Positions 19,440 through 28,756 of a stretch of DNA of 64,000 bases are shown in pieces (within the stretch, counting starts at the first letter, position 1; every line of letters starts with the position of its first letter). The stretch spans positions 4,259-68,258 of the forward strand of contig JAHFIW010000002.1 in assembly GCA_023246195.1 (NCBI GenBank). The letters run 5' to 3'. The notes under the pieces were generated by a model. The model ran no database searches. It was not told the DNA's origin and saw only the letters and a program-made list of their open reading frames with translations. The position numbers and the translations under genes are program-made. This DNA is from a bacterium. Its GTDB lineage: Bacteria > Patescibacteriota > Patescibacteriia > SG8-24.

Positions 19440-19988
19440 TTATTTAGTGATCGCGTACGTCGAGACAATTTGCGCGAGTGTCGCCCGGTAGTCATTCCAT
19501 GAGAAATTCTTAGCCGCATCTTTGTTCTTGGTGAAGGTCAGCACGACGTACTGGCCGCCCTTCTTGGTGACATAATAATCGGTAGCGGAGGAGTCGTCTT
19601 TGGCGGTATCAGAGGTATGGCAGAATGAGGAACCTTCAACTGAAATGGTTTCTGACTTTCCGTCAGCCGTGACGTAACAGCCGTCCTTGATGCTTGAGTT
19701 GCCGTCCTTGGCGAACGAGGCGCTCCACATGGGCGCATATCGGCCTGTCGTGGGCCACTTGAAGCCGTATCCGAGCGAGGCATTCGTGTAGGTCTTCCAC
19801 GTACCGTCAATTTTGGCAGTTGCCGGCGTCGATGCGTCTGCCGAGGAATTGACGTTTGCGGCAGACGAATCGCCGGGAAGTGCGATAGCTCCGGTATTCG
19901 TGCTGGTATCGGCCGGAACGTTGTTGCATCCGGCTCCGACGATGAGCAGGGCGGCAGTGAGTGAGAGCAGTATGTTGGTGGCGCGCAT
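19440..19988 (-). CDS. Hypothetical lipoprotein
   Basis: Start at MRATNILLSLTAALLIVGAGC (lipobox). Ser/Thr/Ala-rich linker then a globular domain. Confidence 0.5.
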   Translation of the reverse strand: MRATNILLSLTAALLIVGAGCNNVPADTSTNTGAIALPGDSSAANVNSSADASTPATAKIDGTWKTYTNASLGYGFKWPTTGRYAPMWSASFAKDGNSSIKDGCYVTADGKSETISVEGSSFCHTSDTAKDDSSATDYYVTKKGGQYVVLTFTKNKDAAKNFSWNDYRATLAQIVSTYAITK

Positions 19989-20105
19989 GGCGGTAGCCGG
20001 CGAATGTGAATAAGGGCGCGAGTGGTCGCATGGCGATAGTATAAAGAGCAGTGCGCCTTTCGACAATGCGGATTAAAAAAGAGACGCGATGCGTCTCCGT
20101 GCCGG

Positions 20106-20381
20106 TCATTTGTACGATATGACGCGGAAGTGATGTCGCGACCCATGATGCCTGATGAGCAGGCCGATGTAATCGTATTCGGAAACCACCCAGACTTCTC
20201 CGATGTCGGCTGCCCTGAGAAGCGCAACGGCCTCCCTGAGCGGCATCGTCTCGCCATCCAGGCCGAGGGCGATTTTCCGAATGACTTCCGGCATCCGCAC
20301 GACGGCTCCAGATGAGCCGTCGCTCGGGCTGTTGAACGTTCGCGGCGTGTCCATGTCGACATATTTCTTGTCGCTCATCTG
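20106..20381 (-). CDS. Hypothetical small protein
   Basis: 91 aa, ATG preceded by GGAG at -8. No family recognised. Confidence 0.3.
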   Translation of the reverse strand, partial: QMSDKKYVDMDTPRTFNSPSDGSSGAVVRMPEVIRKIALGLDGETMPLREAVALLRAADIGEVWVVSEYDYIGLLIRHHGSRHHFRVISYK

Positions 20382-20498
20382 TACTCCGTTCGTCGGGCAT
20401 GCTTTTTTTGCCTCAACGCATTGACAGCATGCCACTTGTATGGTGACAATTCAATGTCGCGGCAATTGCGACGAGGACGTTCATTGAAAGGTGCAGTC

Positions 20499-21041
20499 AT
20501 GGCCATTACGTTCAGCCTCGGTTCGGCAAGCAGAATCAAATCGGGTGCGTTGGTAAAGGCCGTGGAGCTCGTCGGTATGTCTGCCAATACCGTGGGTTTT
20601 CTCGCCCTCGCCTCCGGCGTCAACGCGCAGCCGTTCGGCCACGAAGAAATCGCCCGCGGTGCCCATAATCGCGCCCTCGGAGCACGGGACGCGTTTCCCG
20701 GCAGCTGCGGCGTCGGTATCGAGAGCGGCGTCGTGCGCGGTACCAACGACATCATCAATGACATCGACAGCTGGTTCGACGTCGCGATGGTGGTTGTCGT
20801 GCTTCCTGACGGGCGCGAGTTCATGCGCTGGTCGAAGTTCACCGAAGTGCCCGAGGACATCTTCCTCGAGGCACGATCACGGGGCTTCGAAAAAAATACC
20901 GTCGGCGAAGTCGTTGCGGAAAAGCTCGGCGGCAGCGCATTCGATCCGCATTCCACGCTGACCCGCGGTCGAATCTCGCGCGAGAAGCTCCTCGTGGACG
21001 CGATCGCCGCCGCATTGGCGGAGGCGCGGCCGTTCATATAG
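20499..21041 (+). CDS. yjjX: Inosine/xanthosine triphosphatase (YjjX/DUF84 family non-canonical NTP phosphatase)
   Basis: QPFGHEEIARGAHNRAL, GIESGVV and a C-terminal LTRGRISREKLLVDAIAAAL pattern match the YjjX family. Confidence 0.65.
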   Translation: MAITFSLGSASRIKSGALVKAVELVGMSANTVGFLALASGVNAQPFGHEEIARGAHNRALGARDAFPGSCGVGIESGVVRGTNDIINDIDSWFDVAMVVVVLPDGREFMRWSKFTEVPEDIFLEARSRGFEKNTVGEVVAEKLGGSAFDPHSTLTRGRISREKLLVDAIAAALAEARPFI

Positions 21042-21184
21042 TCCGAATCAGAACCTCTTCATTCACTGGAGAGGTTTTTCTAATAAAAATAGCCTTTTTG
21101 AGAGGCGTTGGCGGGAAAATGGCCTATTTTTTATGTGTGCGATACGACTTGGAAGACTGGTATGTGTAGCATGTTTTTCCAAAC

Positions 21185-22015
21185 ATGTCAATCGTCAGGG
21201 GCGGGGTCTTGATTATTTTACGAGTATGTGCAATTATTTTCGGGCTGTTCCCAACAGGAGGGGCAAAAATGAGCATTCAGAGGAGCGTTAGCGCAGTAAG
21301 GACAAGTCAAGAGTTGCTGAAGATGGGCCTGCCGGCATCGCGCGATGCGGTGGCACATCTGGTATTGAACAATCCGCTTGATGACCCGTATAACAGGGTC
21401 GCCAAAAGGATCTTCGATATCGTCGTTTCGATGATGTTGATCGCGCTTACGGCACCAATCATGGCGGTTGCCTGGCTGTGCATCAAGTTCGAATCTCGCG
21501 GTCCGGCGCTGTTCTCGAGACTGGATGACGGCAGTCCGGTTCAGCGCATCGGGCGCGACGGCATGCCGTTTCCTTACGCGAAGTTCCGTTCCATGCATCC
21601 GGGAACGCATAGTCTCCGGTACACGGCCCTGGCCGAACGCAACACGCGTTCAGGACCGCTCGTGAAAATCGACAATGACCCGCGGGTCACGCTCGTGGGG
21701 CAGTTCATTCGAAAGTGGCACGTGGACGAACTTCCTGAGTTTTTCCTCGTGCTGCGCGGTGACATGAGCATCGTCGGGCCGCGGCCGCATTTGCCGGAAG
21801 AAGTCGAAAAGTACTCTCACCATCACCGGCAAGTGCTCTGCGTGAAGCCGGGTATCACCGGCTTGTCGCAGGTCATGGGCGGTTCGAGGCTCGGCTTCAA
21901 CAGGGAAGTCGCCTACGATTGCAAGTACATTAAGGGTTGGTCCCTTTGGGGCGACCTCGTCATCGTCATTCGCACGCCGTTCGCCATCCTGGCGCGTCGC
22001 GGCGACTGCGGATGA
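21185..22015 (+). CDS. Polyprenyl-phosphate sugar-1-phosphate transferase (bacterial sugar transferase, WbaP/ExoY-like)
   Basis: KRIFDIVVS...FRSM...DELPEFFLVLRGDMSIVGPRP conserved C-terminal catalytic domain. The start could be 21269. Confidence 0.85.
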   Translation: MSIVRGGVLIILRVCAIIFGLFPTGGAKMSIQRSVSAVRTSQELLKMGLPASRDAVAHLVLNNPLDDPYNRVAKRIFDIVVSMMLIALTAPIMAVAWLCIKFESRGPALFSRLDDGSPVQRIGRDGMPFPYAKFRSMHPGTHSLRYTALAERNTRSGPLVKIDNDPRVTLVGQFIRKWHVDELPEFFLVLRGDMSIVGPRPHLPEEVEKYSHHHRQVLCVKPGITGLSQVMGGSRLGFNREVAYDCKYIKGWSLWGDLVIVIRTPFAILARRGDCG

Positions 22016-22137
22016 GACATGCGCCGGCATATTGCCGGCGCTTTTTTTCAAATCAGAATCCGAATAAGAAAAAGAAAAGCCCTCGAAACGCATCGAGGGC
22101 AAGCCGTTCAGGTATCTTCTGGTTCTTCTTTTTTTGG

Positions 22138-22914
22138 CTACTTCGCGCTGAGCACGTAATGAACGGCTTCAAGCACGTCCGACGGCACCGACGACTTGAA
22201 CCGCCGTACGTCATGCTCCATGAGCACGTAGATGCCGTCTTTGCGTTCGATGACCACGGGCCAGCCGCGCTTCTGCGCCTCGTCGTGGAGCACTCCGTTC
22301 GGGTTAAAGGCGATGGCAATCTCGACTTCAGCCAACATCGAAATGTCCGAACCCGTGTCGCCGATGGCCACCGATCCCTTGAGCGATGACTTGAACTTCG
22401 CGACATGCTCACGCAGCGCCCTGCCCTTGTCGAATACGGGAAGGGACTTATGGATGCCGGTATAGCGACCGTCTTCGTTGACTTCCAGTTCCGTGGCGTA
22501 GAAGTGCTCAAAGCCCCAATACGGAGCCATGTGCTCAACGACTTCTCTCATGGCACCGGTAATGGTGATCATTTCGTGCGTCTTGCGAAGTTCCGCCAGG
22601 AGGGCATTGGTGAAGACATAGAGCCAGTCGCGGTGCTTTTCGTACACTTGCTCTGCCGCCACGACGACGTCTTCCTGCATCTTGCCCTTGATGCGCTTGG
22701 TGAAGAGCTTGATGATTTCGTGATCGTACTCCTCGAAAGTGATCTTTCGATCGCGGTGCTTGAGGCGCACCCTCCTGAACATCAGGTCGAAGATCGGCCT
22801 GAAGATCCCCTGCTCGAGGCACTGTTTGCTGAGCAGCACGAGCTGCTGCTCGCGCACGAGCGTGCCGTCCAGATCGAAGGCCGCAAGCGGTCTGGCTATC
22901 TTATTTGTCGTCAT
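22138..22914 (-). CDS. HAD-superfamily hydrolase (HAD-IB, phosphoserine-phosphatase-like)
   Basis: DLDGTL motif I, S/T motif II, K and GDxxxD (IGDTGSDISM) motifs. Confidence 0.75.
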   Translation of the reverse strand: MTTNKIARPLAAFDLDGTLVREQQLVLLSKQCLEQGIFRPIFDLMFRRVRLKHRDRKITFEEYDHEIIKLFTKRIKGKMQEDVVVAAEQVYEKHRDWLYVFTNALLAELRKTHEMITITGAMREVVEHMAPYWGFEHFYATELEVNEDGRYTGIHKSLPVFDKGRALREHVAKFKSSLKGSVAIGDTGSDISMLAEVEIAIAFNPNGVLHDEAQKRGWPVVIERKDGIYVLMEHDVRRFKSSVPSDVLEAVHYVLSAK

Positions 22915-23060
22915 TTGCGTCTCTGCTTTCTAAAGAACATGAGCATCTATGAGATGCCCCACTTCTTCCTCGTATCAAAAAATGGCGTATACGTCAACGC
23001 TCATGCGGTATCTGCGGTGGAATAAATGAAAGCCCGGCTCCGTTTAGGGCCGGGCGTTTT

Positions 23061-23660
23061 TTATTGCTGGACGGGCTTGGTCGGTGCCGTGGATGCCGTG
23101 TTTGCGGCATAGGCGCAGAGCGGGAGCGCTGGCGTCACGGAGGCTGCATTGCGGGCGCAGGGCGGAGTCCAGACGCCGTTCTTTGCGTGCGTGTTCGGCC
23201 ACAGGTATGACGTTTCGGTTCCGTCCGCGAAGAACAGCCTGACGTTGACGTCCTTCGATGACGCGACCTTGCGCTCGATGAGCGTTGCCGTAAGCGCATG
23301 CGCTGCCGGTTCGTCGGCGTAGAAGGTTGTCAGCGGGTTTACGAGGTTCAGCTGCATCATCTCAAGTTCGCCTGTGCGGAACTTCACCACGGAGGTGAGC
23401 ACCGGGGGCATCACCTTGAGCGCCGGCTTGGGAGCTGTCGCGACGGTCAGCTGCTCGCGGGCATGAGCGCGTTCAATTTGCAGGTTATGTATGGTGATGG
23501 CCATGTCGGACATCGTTCCCCGCATGCTTTTGAAGGTGGCAATGCTCAAGCAGGCGAGCGCCAGACACAGAAACAATATCAGCCAGGTGATCGCCGGAGG
23601 CACGTTCCAGCATGAGGCTGCTGATTTTTTTGCGGCGGCAGAGGTGCGCTTCCTGGGCAT
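23061..23660 (-). CDS. Hypothetical membrane-anchored protein
   Basis: 199 aa. N-terminal TM (WLILFLCLALACLSIA). No motif recognised. Confidence 0.4.
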   Translation of the reverse strand: MPRKRTSAAAKKSAASCWNVPPAITWLILFLCLALACLSIATFKSMRGTMSDMAITIHNLQIERAHAREQLTVATAPKPALKVMPPVLTSVVKFRTGELEMMQLNLVNPLTTFYADEPAAHALTATLIERKVASSKDVNVRLFFADGTETSYLWPNTHAKNGVWTPPCARNAASVTPALPLCAYAANTASTAPTKPVQQ

Positions 23661-23761
23661 ACGATGCGTGTATAGGTAAGTACGTGTGCACTATAGCAAA
23701 TGAAAGGCGTGGTTGTGGAGAGCTCCAATAAAAAATCCGCACGTGCGTGCGGATGTCGCCC

Positions 23762-24532
23762 TCAGGGGCGGTAACCGAGAGCGTCCAGTGCGGCACCTAC
23801 CGGCATGTAGTAAGTGTGACCGCGTCCTTCCGCCAGACTGTCCATCCTCAGCAGTACGCCGACCAGCCGGCCCTGCATGTCGACGAACGGGCCGCCGGAG
23901 TCGCCGTGCCGGCAGGGAAAGCGGACCTTGGTGAGTCCGTGCAGTCCTCCGTAGTCGACGTCGGCCTGCATCACCTTGCCGTGCACCCAGAACGACACGT
24001 TGCCGAAATGCCACAGTTCTTCGCCTACAGCGGGCGCGTTGCGCCGCACCACGAATGGCGTGGGAAGTTTTTCTTCTGGAACTGCGGGGCGCAGCAGCGC
24101 GATGTCGAGCTCGGGGTTCGAGGCGACGATCGCCATGGGGATGTCGCGGACGTTGGACACGTTATTGGCATCGTCGTTGAGCTTGCGCACGCTGACAACC
24201 ACTTGTCGCGCATCTACCACCACGTGGTAGGCCGTCAGTACGGTGCCGCGGTCATCGATGACTTCGCCGGTGCCCATGGAGTACTCCATGCCGTCCTTCG
24301 CGGTGTACTTGCTGGAATGAATGCGCACGGTCGAATCGAAGGCCTTGCGCACGAATGCCAGTCGGGCGAGGCATTGCGCATCCTCGACGTCGGCACACGG
24401 ATCGACCGGCATGATCCTCGGCGGACCGGCGGCACAGGTATGCGATACCGCTTGGCAGCCTGCAGGAGCGAGAATCAGCAACGCCAACATGGCGTGCATG
24501 AAGTAGCGTCGTAGCGAGATAATGAGCGACAT
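23762..24532 (-). CDS. Trypsin-like serine protease (S1 family) lipoprotein
   Basis: Lipoprotein signal LAPAGC. Catalytic triad context TAYHVV.., D, GDSGGPFVD. Confidence 0.7.
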   Translation of the reverse strand: MSLIISLRRYFMHAMLALLILAPAGCQAVSHTCAAGPPRIMPVDPCADVEDAQCLARLAFVRKAFDSTVRIHSSKYTAKDGMEYSMGTGEVIDDRGTVLTAYHVVVDARQVVVSVRKLNDDANNVSNVRDIPMAIVASNPELDIALLRPAVPEEKLPTPFVVRRNAPAVGEELWHFGNVSFWVHGKVMQADVDYGGLHGLTKVRFPCRHGDSGGPFVDMQGRLVGVLLRMDSLAEGRGHTYYMPVGAALDALGYRP

Positions 24533-24614
24533 GAGACTCTTCCTTTCGGTGAAGGAGCTTCTCTTTCCATACCACGGGCGGGCTTCGAGGTCAATTTTGG
24601 CATGGTATACTTGT

Positions 24615-25721
24615 CCCATGAAGATATCCTCCGTAAAAATACCACCACAGGAGGTTCCGGATAAAGTCGGTACTGAAAAGGTCCGCATTCTCAGATCCGA
24701 AGGTGCCGCCGTCGGCGCGGTGGCCTTGATATTCGTGGCTTTGGTGGTGGGCCTGTTTTTCATCGAGGTGGTCAAGCAGAACCTCGGTCTCGGAGAACTG
24801 CCGGTGACCTTGGGCGTGACCTTTTCCAAGCCCTATGCCGAAAGCCTCGGTTTGGATTGGAAGCAAGCCTATACCGCCACTCTCGACGACCTCGGCGTGC
24901 GCTACTATCGCATTCCCGCATATTGGGACGACATTGAGCCTCAGCAGGACCAGTGGAATTTCGCCAACATCGACTGGCAGATTGCCGAGGCGTCTAAGCG
25001 TCACGCCAAGATTATTTTGGCCGTGGGCCGCAAGCTGCCGCGCTGGCCGGAGTGCCATGCGCCGTCATGGACCGCCGGCATGAAAGAAAGCCTGGTGCAG
25101 GCGCGCATCATGACCATGGTGCAGAAGGTCGTTCGCCGCTATTCCACGAATCCGACTATCGTCATGTGGCAGGTGGAGAACGAACCGTTTTTCCAATTTG
25201 GAAACTGCCCTCCGCCGGACAGGGAGTTCCTTAAGCGCGAGGTGGCGATGGTGCGTTCCCTCGACTCACGTCAGATCATGATAACGGAGAGCGGCGAACT
25301 GTCGTCGTGGCTGGACGTGGTAGGGATTGCCGACGTGTTGGGAATCAGCACTTACCGCACGGTCTGGGATAAGTACATCGGTTACTTTTATTGGCCGATT
25401 ACGCCGCGGTATTATGCCGAGAAGTTTCAGGTCATCTCGTCATTGGTGGAACGCGCCATCATCAGCGAAATGCAGGCTGAGCCGTGGCTTCCCAACGGGG
25501 TCGCAGGACTGTCAGTAGACGAGCAGCTGCGTCTCATGGATCCGACTAAGCTGGCAGAAAATATCAGTTTTGCGCGCAAGACTGGTTTCCGCGAGGCCTA
25601 TTTGTGGGGAGTGGAATGGTGGTACTGGCTCAAGGTGACTAAGGGGCATCCCGAAATGTGGGATGAAGGGAAGCGCCAATTTAAAGAGAATGCCTCCGTC
25701 CCGCCTCCGCCGGCGAACTGA
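24615..25721 (+). CDS. Membrane-anchored glycoside hydrolase-like TIM-barrel protein (GH5/GH42-like, catalytic NEP)
   Basis: N-terminal TM. WQVENEPF acid/base motif and a later nucleophile-like ITESGE. Confidence 0.5.
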   Translation, partial: PMKISSVKIPPQEVPDKVGTEKVRILRSEGAAVGAVALIFVALVVGLFFIEVVKQNLGLGELPVTLGVTFSKPYAESLGLDWKQAYTATLDDLGVRYYRIPAYWDDIEPQQDQWNFANIDWQIAEASKRHAKIILAVGRKLPRWPECHAPSWTAGMKESLVQARIMTMVQKVVRRYSTNPTIVMWQVENEPFFQFGNCPPPDREFLKREVAMVRSLDSRQIMITESGELSSWLDVVGIADVLGISTYRTVWDKYIGYFYWPITPRYYAEKFQVISSLVERAIISEMQAEPWLPNGVAGLSVDEQLRLMDPTKLAENISFARKTGFREAYLWGVEWWYWLKVTKGHPEMWDEGKRQFKENASVPPPPAN

Positions 25722-25797
25722 AGGCCAACCATTGACCTGAACCGCTGATTTTGCTAGGATTTTTTTACGTTCTTTTGCCTCGAAAGGAAGAAGAAGA

Positions 25798-26364
25798 ATG
25801 ACACCTGAAGAATGCGCAAGGTCCGCCGCTAACCACCTGTTGACCAAGGGCGCCGTCCGCGTCGCCGTGCAGAAGGTGCGTGGCAGGGTCGGTTCGCGGC
25901 CTCTGGGATACGATTCGCGATTCACGCGGCTCTTTCTCGCTTTTGCCGAGAAAATCAGCGTCATCTCGCTTGCGCCCACGTATGACGACGTGAGCTACGT
26001 CGGCACGCGGGAGAATTGGCGTCAGCTTTTCGCCGATGACGCCGCTCGGCGGTTGAGGGAAAATTTTTCCCATGCATACGCGAGGTGCTTTCCGGACATC
26101 GGTGTGCAATATCCGAATCTCGAACTGAATGACTTCGTGCATCTTTCCGCGCGGTTCATCTGCGAGGACGTCTTCGATGCGACGCCTTCCGTCGGCATCA
26201 TGTGCGGCGCCCTGTGGGGCATCGCCAACGTGTCCATCCAGGTGGCGCGTTGCCTGTCCGCGGACCTCGACCCCATGATCCTGCCTCATTCGTCAGGTTG
26301 CGAGCCGGTTTTGCCGGCATTGGTTCCGCTGATCACGTTCCCGCAGCCGCAAGACTGCAACTGA
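25798..26364 (+). CDS. Hypothetical protein
   Basis: 188 aa with RBS GGAAGAAGAAGA upstream. No family recognised. Confidence 0.4.
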   Translation: MTPEECARSAANHLLTKGAVRVAVQKVRGRVGSRPLGYDSRFTRLFLAFAEKISVISLAPTYDDVSYVGTRENWRQLFADDAARRLRENFSHAYARCFPDIGVQYPNLELNDFVHLSARFICEDVFDATPSVGIMCGALWGIANVSIQVARCLSADLDPMILPHSSGCEPVLPALVPLITFPQPQDCN

Positions 26365-26453
26365 ACGGCCAACGTTCCGCCATGCGATTACGCATGGCGA
26401 TTTTTAATTGCAAAAACGAGCGCCTGTCGCGGTCGTCGCGTCGCACTGACCGC

Positions 26454-27467
26454 CTATCCAAAAGTGAATGCGTAGCACTTGACGCCAGGGTCAAGAAAAT
26501 CCAACCGCAGCAGGTGAGTTCCCGTCGAGCCGTGCAAGTCGAAGAGGTCGTACAGTCTGCCGTCACGTACTTCGATTTGCGATGCGCTGGCGCTCACCAC
26601 GACATCGTTGCCGCGATTCGCTGCGGTGAGCGGCTTGCCATCGAGCGTGATCAAGACTCTCGCCGCATTTTTTGCGGGACCCTCCATCACCAAGTGAGCC
26701 GTCGAGGAGGTCACCTTGTAGATGATTGACGCGTCGGCTTCGGCTGACGTCGCATAGCCGTCATGAATGCTCCAGAGCCCGTTTAGGTAGTAAATACGCG
26801 ATGACGGTTCGCGGGCGGCACTGTAGCGTCTCGGCTCGTCCTTGCGCACGGATTCGGGAGAGCCGAGATACTCCGAGCGTTCGAATCCAAGATACGTTTC
26901 TGGCGTGCCGATGTGCAGGAGCTCTGCGGGTGCGGCGACGCCGCGGCTTGCGGCGGGAGCGTAGCCTGCTTCTGCAAGCAACGCGCGGAGTACCGCTTCG
27001 GCGTCTTCGTATCCTCCCTCGCCAAAATGGTGGTAGCGGACATTGCCGTTCGCGTCGATGAAGTAGTCTGCAGGCCAGTATCGGTTCTTGTAGGCGTTCC
27101 AGGTCGCGTAGCCGTTGTCGAGCGCCACGGGAAAGTTGATGCCGAAGCGCTTGATTGCGGACTGGACATTGGCAGTGTCTTTTTCAAAATCAAATTCGGG
27201 AGTATGCACGCCAATAATGGTCAGTCCGGAAGCGGCATAGTGGTCATGCCACCTCGTCATGGCCGGCAGCGTACGCACGCAGTTCACGCACGAATAGGTC
27301 CAAAAATGCACCAGCACGACGCGCCCGCGCAATGATGACAGCGTAAGCGGGTCGGTATTGAGCCAGCCCGTGATGCCGTGCAGTTCCGGCGCGACACCTT
27401 CGTTTGCCAGGCTTTGCGGATCGACCGCTGTCGGCTTACGACTGAAAAAACGGTCGAAGATGGACAT
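26454..27467 (-). CDS. Thioredoxin-fold (redoxin/TlpA-like) thiol-disulfide oxidoreductase with extra C-terminal domain
   Basis: VVLVHFWTYSCVNCVRTLP CxxC active site in a thioredoxin-like context. ~150 aa C-terminal domain unassigned. Confidence 0.65.
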   Translation of the reverse strand: MSIFDRFFSRKPTAVDPQSLANEGVAPELHGITGWLNTDPLTLSSLRGRVVLVHFWTYSCVNCVRTLPAMTRWHDHYAASGLTIIGVHTPEFDFEKDTANVQSAIKRFGINFPVALDNGYATWNAYKNRYWPADYFIDANGNVRYHHFGEGGYEDAEAVLRALLAEAGYAPAASRGVAAPAELLHIGTPETYLGFERSEYLGSPESVRKDEPRRYSAAREPSSRIYYLNGLWSIHDGYATSAEADASIIYKVTSSTAHLVMEGPAKNAARVLITLDGKPLTAANRGNDVVVSASASQIEVRDGRLYDLFDLHGSTGTHLLRLDFLDPGVKCYAFTFG

Positions 27468-27495
27468 GGAAATTTTCGGTAAGCTCCGGGCGACT

Positions 27496-28749
27496 CTAGG
27501 CGGACATGGAGCCGTTGATGCTCTTGATGAGCCTCACTTTGAGGATTCGGTCGTGACTGACTTGCTCTACCACGGCCATAAGACCGTCGCCGATAGTGAC
27601 TGGCTGGCCCTGTTTGGGCACCCTGTTGGCCTTGGCTCGGATCAGACGCCCGATGGTGCGGTAGTCTCCGGCTTCGATACGTACGTTGAAAAAGCGGTTG
27701 ATGTCGGGGATGTCGGTGTCTCCGTGAACCAGCACGGTGTGCTTATCGACGCGCTTGATGACGTATTCGTCGACGTCGGATTCATCGCTGATCTCGCCAA
27801 CGAGTTCTTCAAGCAAGTCCTCGAGCGTCACGAGCCCCACGACGGACTTGTCATCGTTGGCCACGATTGCCATGTGCACGCGCTGACGCTTGAACTCGCG
27901 GAAGAGGTCGTCAATCAGCGAGGTTTCGGGGACGAACACCGGTTCCGACATGAAATCTCGCACCTTGAGATGCTCGAGCGCGCCCGCTTCTGACACGCGC
28001 GAGAGCAGGTCTTTGATGTGGACGACGCCGACGATGGTGTTTCGGGAGCCTTCATATACCGGGTAGCGCGAGAACTTTTGGCTGTTGATGGCGGCAAGCG
28101 CGTCAATCAGCTTCTTGTCGGCATCGAGCGTTACCATGATTTCCTTTGGCGTGAGCACGTCGCCTGCGGTGATGTCGTTAAACAGGAACACTCGTTCGAT
28201 GAGCTCCTTCTCGCCGCTTTCCACGGCGCCGGTGGAGACGCCCATGCGCGTCATGGTGCGGATCTCTTCTTCGGTGACCAGCGTGCCGCCCGCACCCGCA
28301 GGCGTGAAAAACGAGGCAAGCTTGTCGAGCCCGCTCACCAGCGGACCGAGTATGACGGTGAGGACGTACGCCGGACGCGCGAAAAAAAGCGCCCATTTTT
28401 CCGCCGAGTGGATTGCGTGCGACTTGGGAATGAGGTTCACGAAAATCAGCACGATGATGGTCATGATGCCCGTTTCGATTGCCACCGCGTAGTTACCGGA
28501 GATGGAGTGCGCGATGAGCGTTGCCAGCGATGCCGCGGCGACGTCACAGACCGTTTGGCCGAGCAGTAACGTGCCGAGGAGCCTGCGCGGGTTGCTTTTG
28601 AGCTTTCCGACGATAATCGCCGCATGATTGTCCTTTTTGGCGAGCGTCTGGATGCGGACGTCGCTCACCGCAAAAAGCGCGGTTTCGGAACCTTCGAAAC
28701 CGGCAGAGGCGAAGAGCAGGATGGCGATGGCGATGAGTGACCAAATCAT
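27496..28749 (-). CDS. CNNM/CorC-HlyC family transporter-associated protein (DUF21 + CBS pair + CorC_HlyC)
   Basis: N-terminal four TM helices, two CBS domains, C-terminal transporter-associated domain. Confidence 0.85.
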   Translation of the reverse strand: MIWSLIAIAILLFASAGFEGSETALFAVSDVRIQTLAKKDNHAAIIVGKLKSNPRRLLGTLLLGQTVCDVAAASLATLIAHSISGNYAVAIETGIMTIIVLIFVNLIPKSHAIHSAEKWALFFARPAYVLTVILGPLVSGLDKLASFFTPAGAGGTLVTEEEIRTMTRMGVSTGAVESGEKELIERVFLFNDITAGDVLTPKEIMVTLDADKKLIDALAAINSQKFSRYPVYEGSRNTIVGVVHIKDLLSRVSEAGALEHLKVRDFMSEPVFVPETSLIDDLFREFKRQRVHMAIVANDDKSVVGLVTLEDLLEELVGEISDESDVDEYVIKRVDKHTVLVHGDTDIPDINRFFNVRIEAGDYRTIGRLIRAKANRVPKQGQPVTIGDGLMAVVEQVSHDRILKVRLIKSINGSMSA

Positions 28750-28756
28750 AGTGAAT

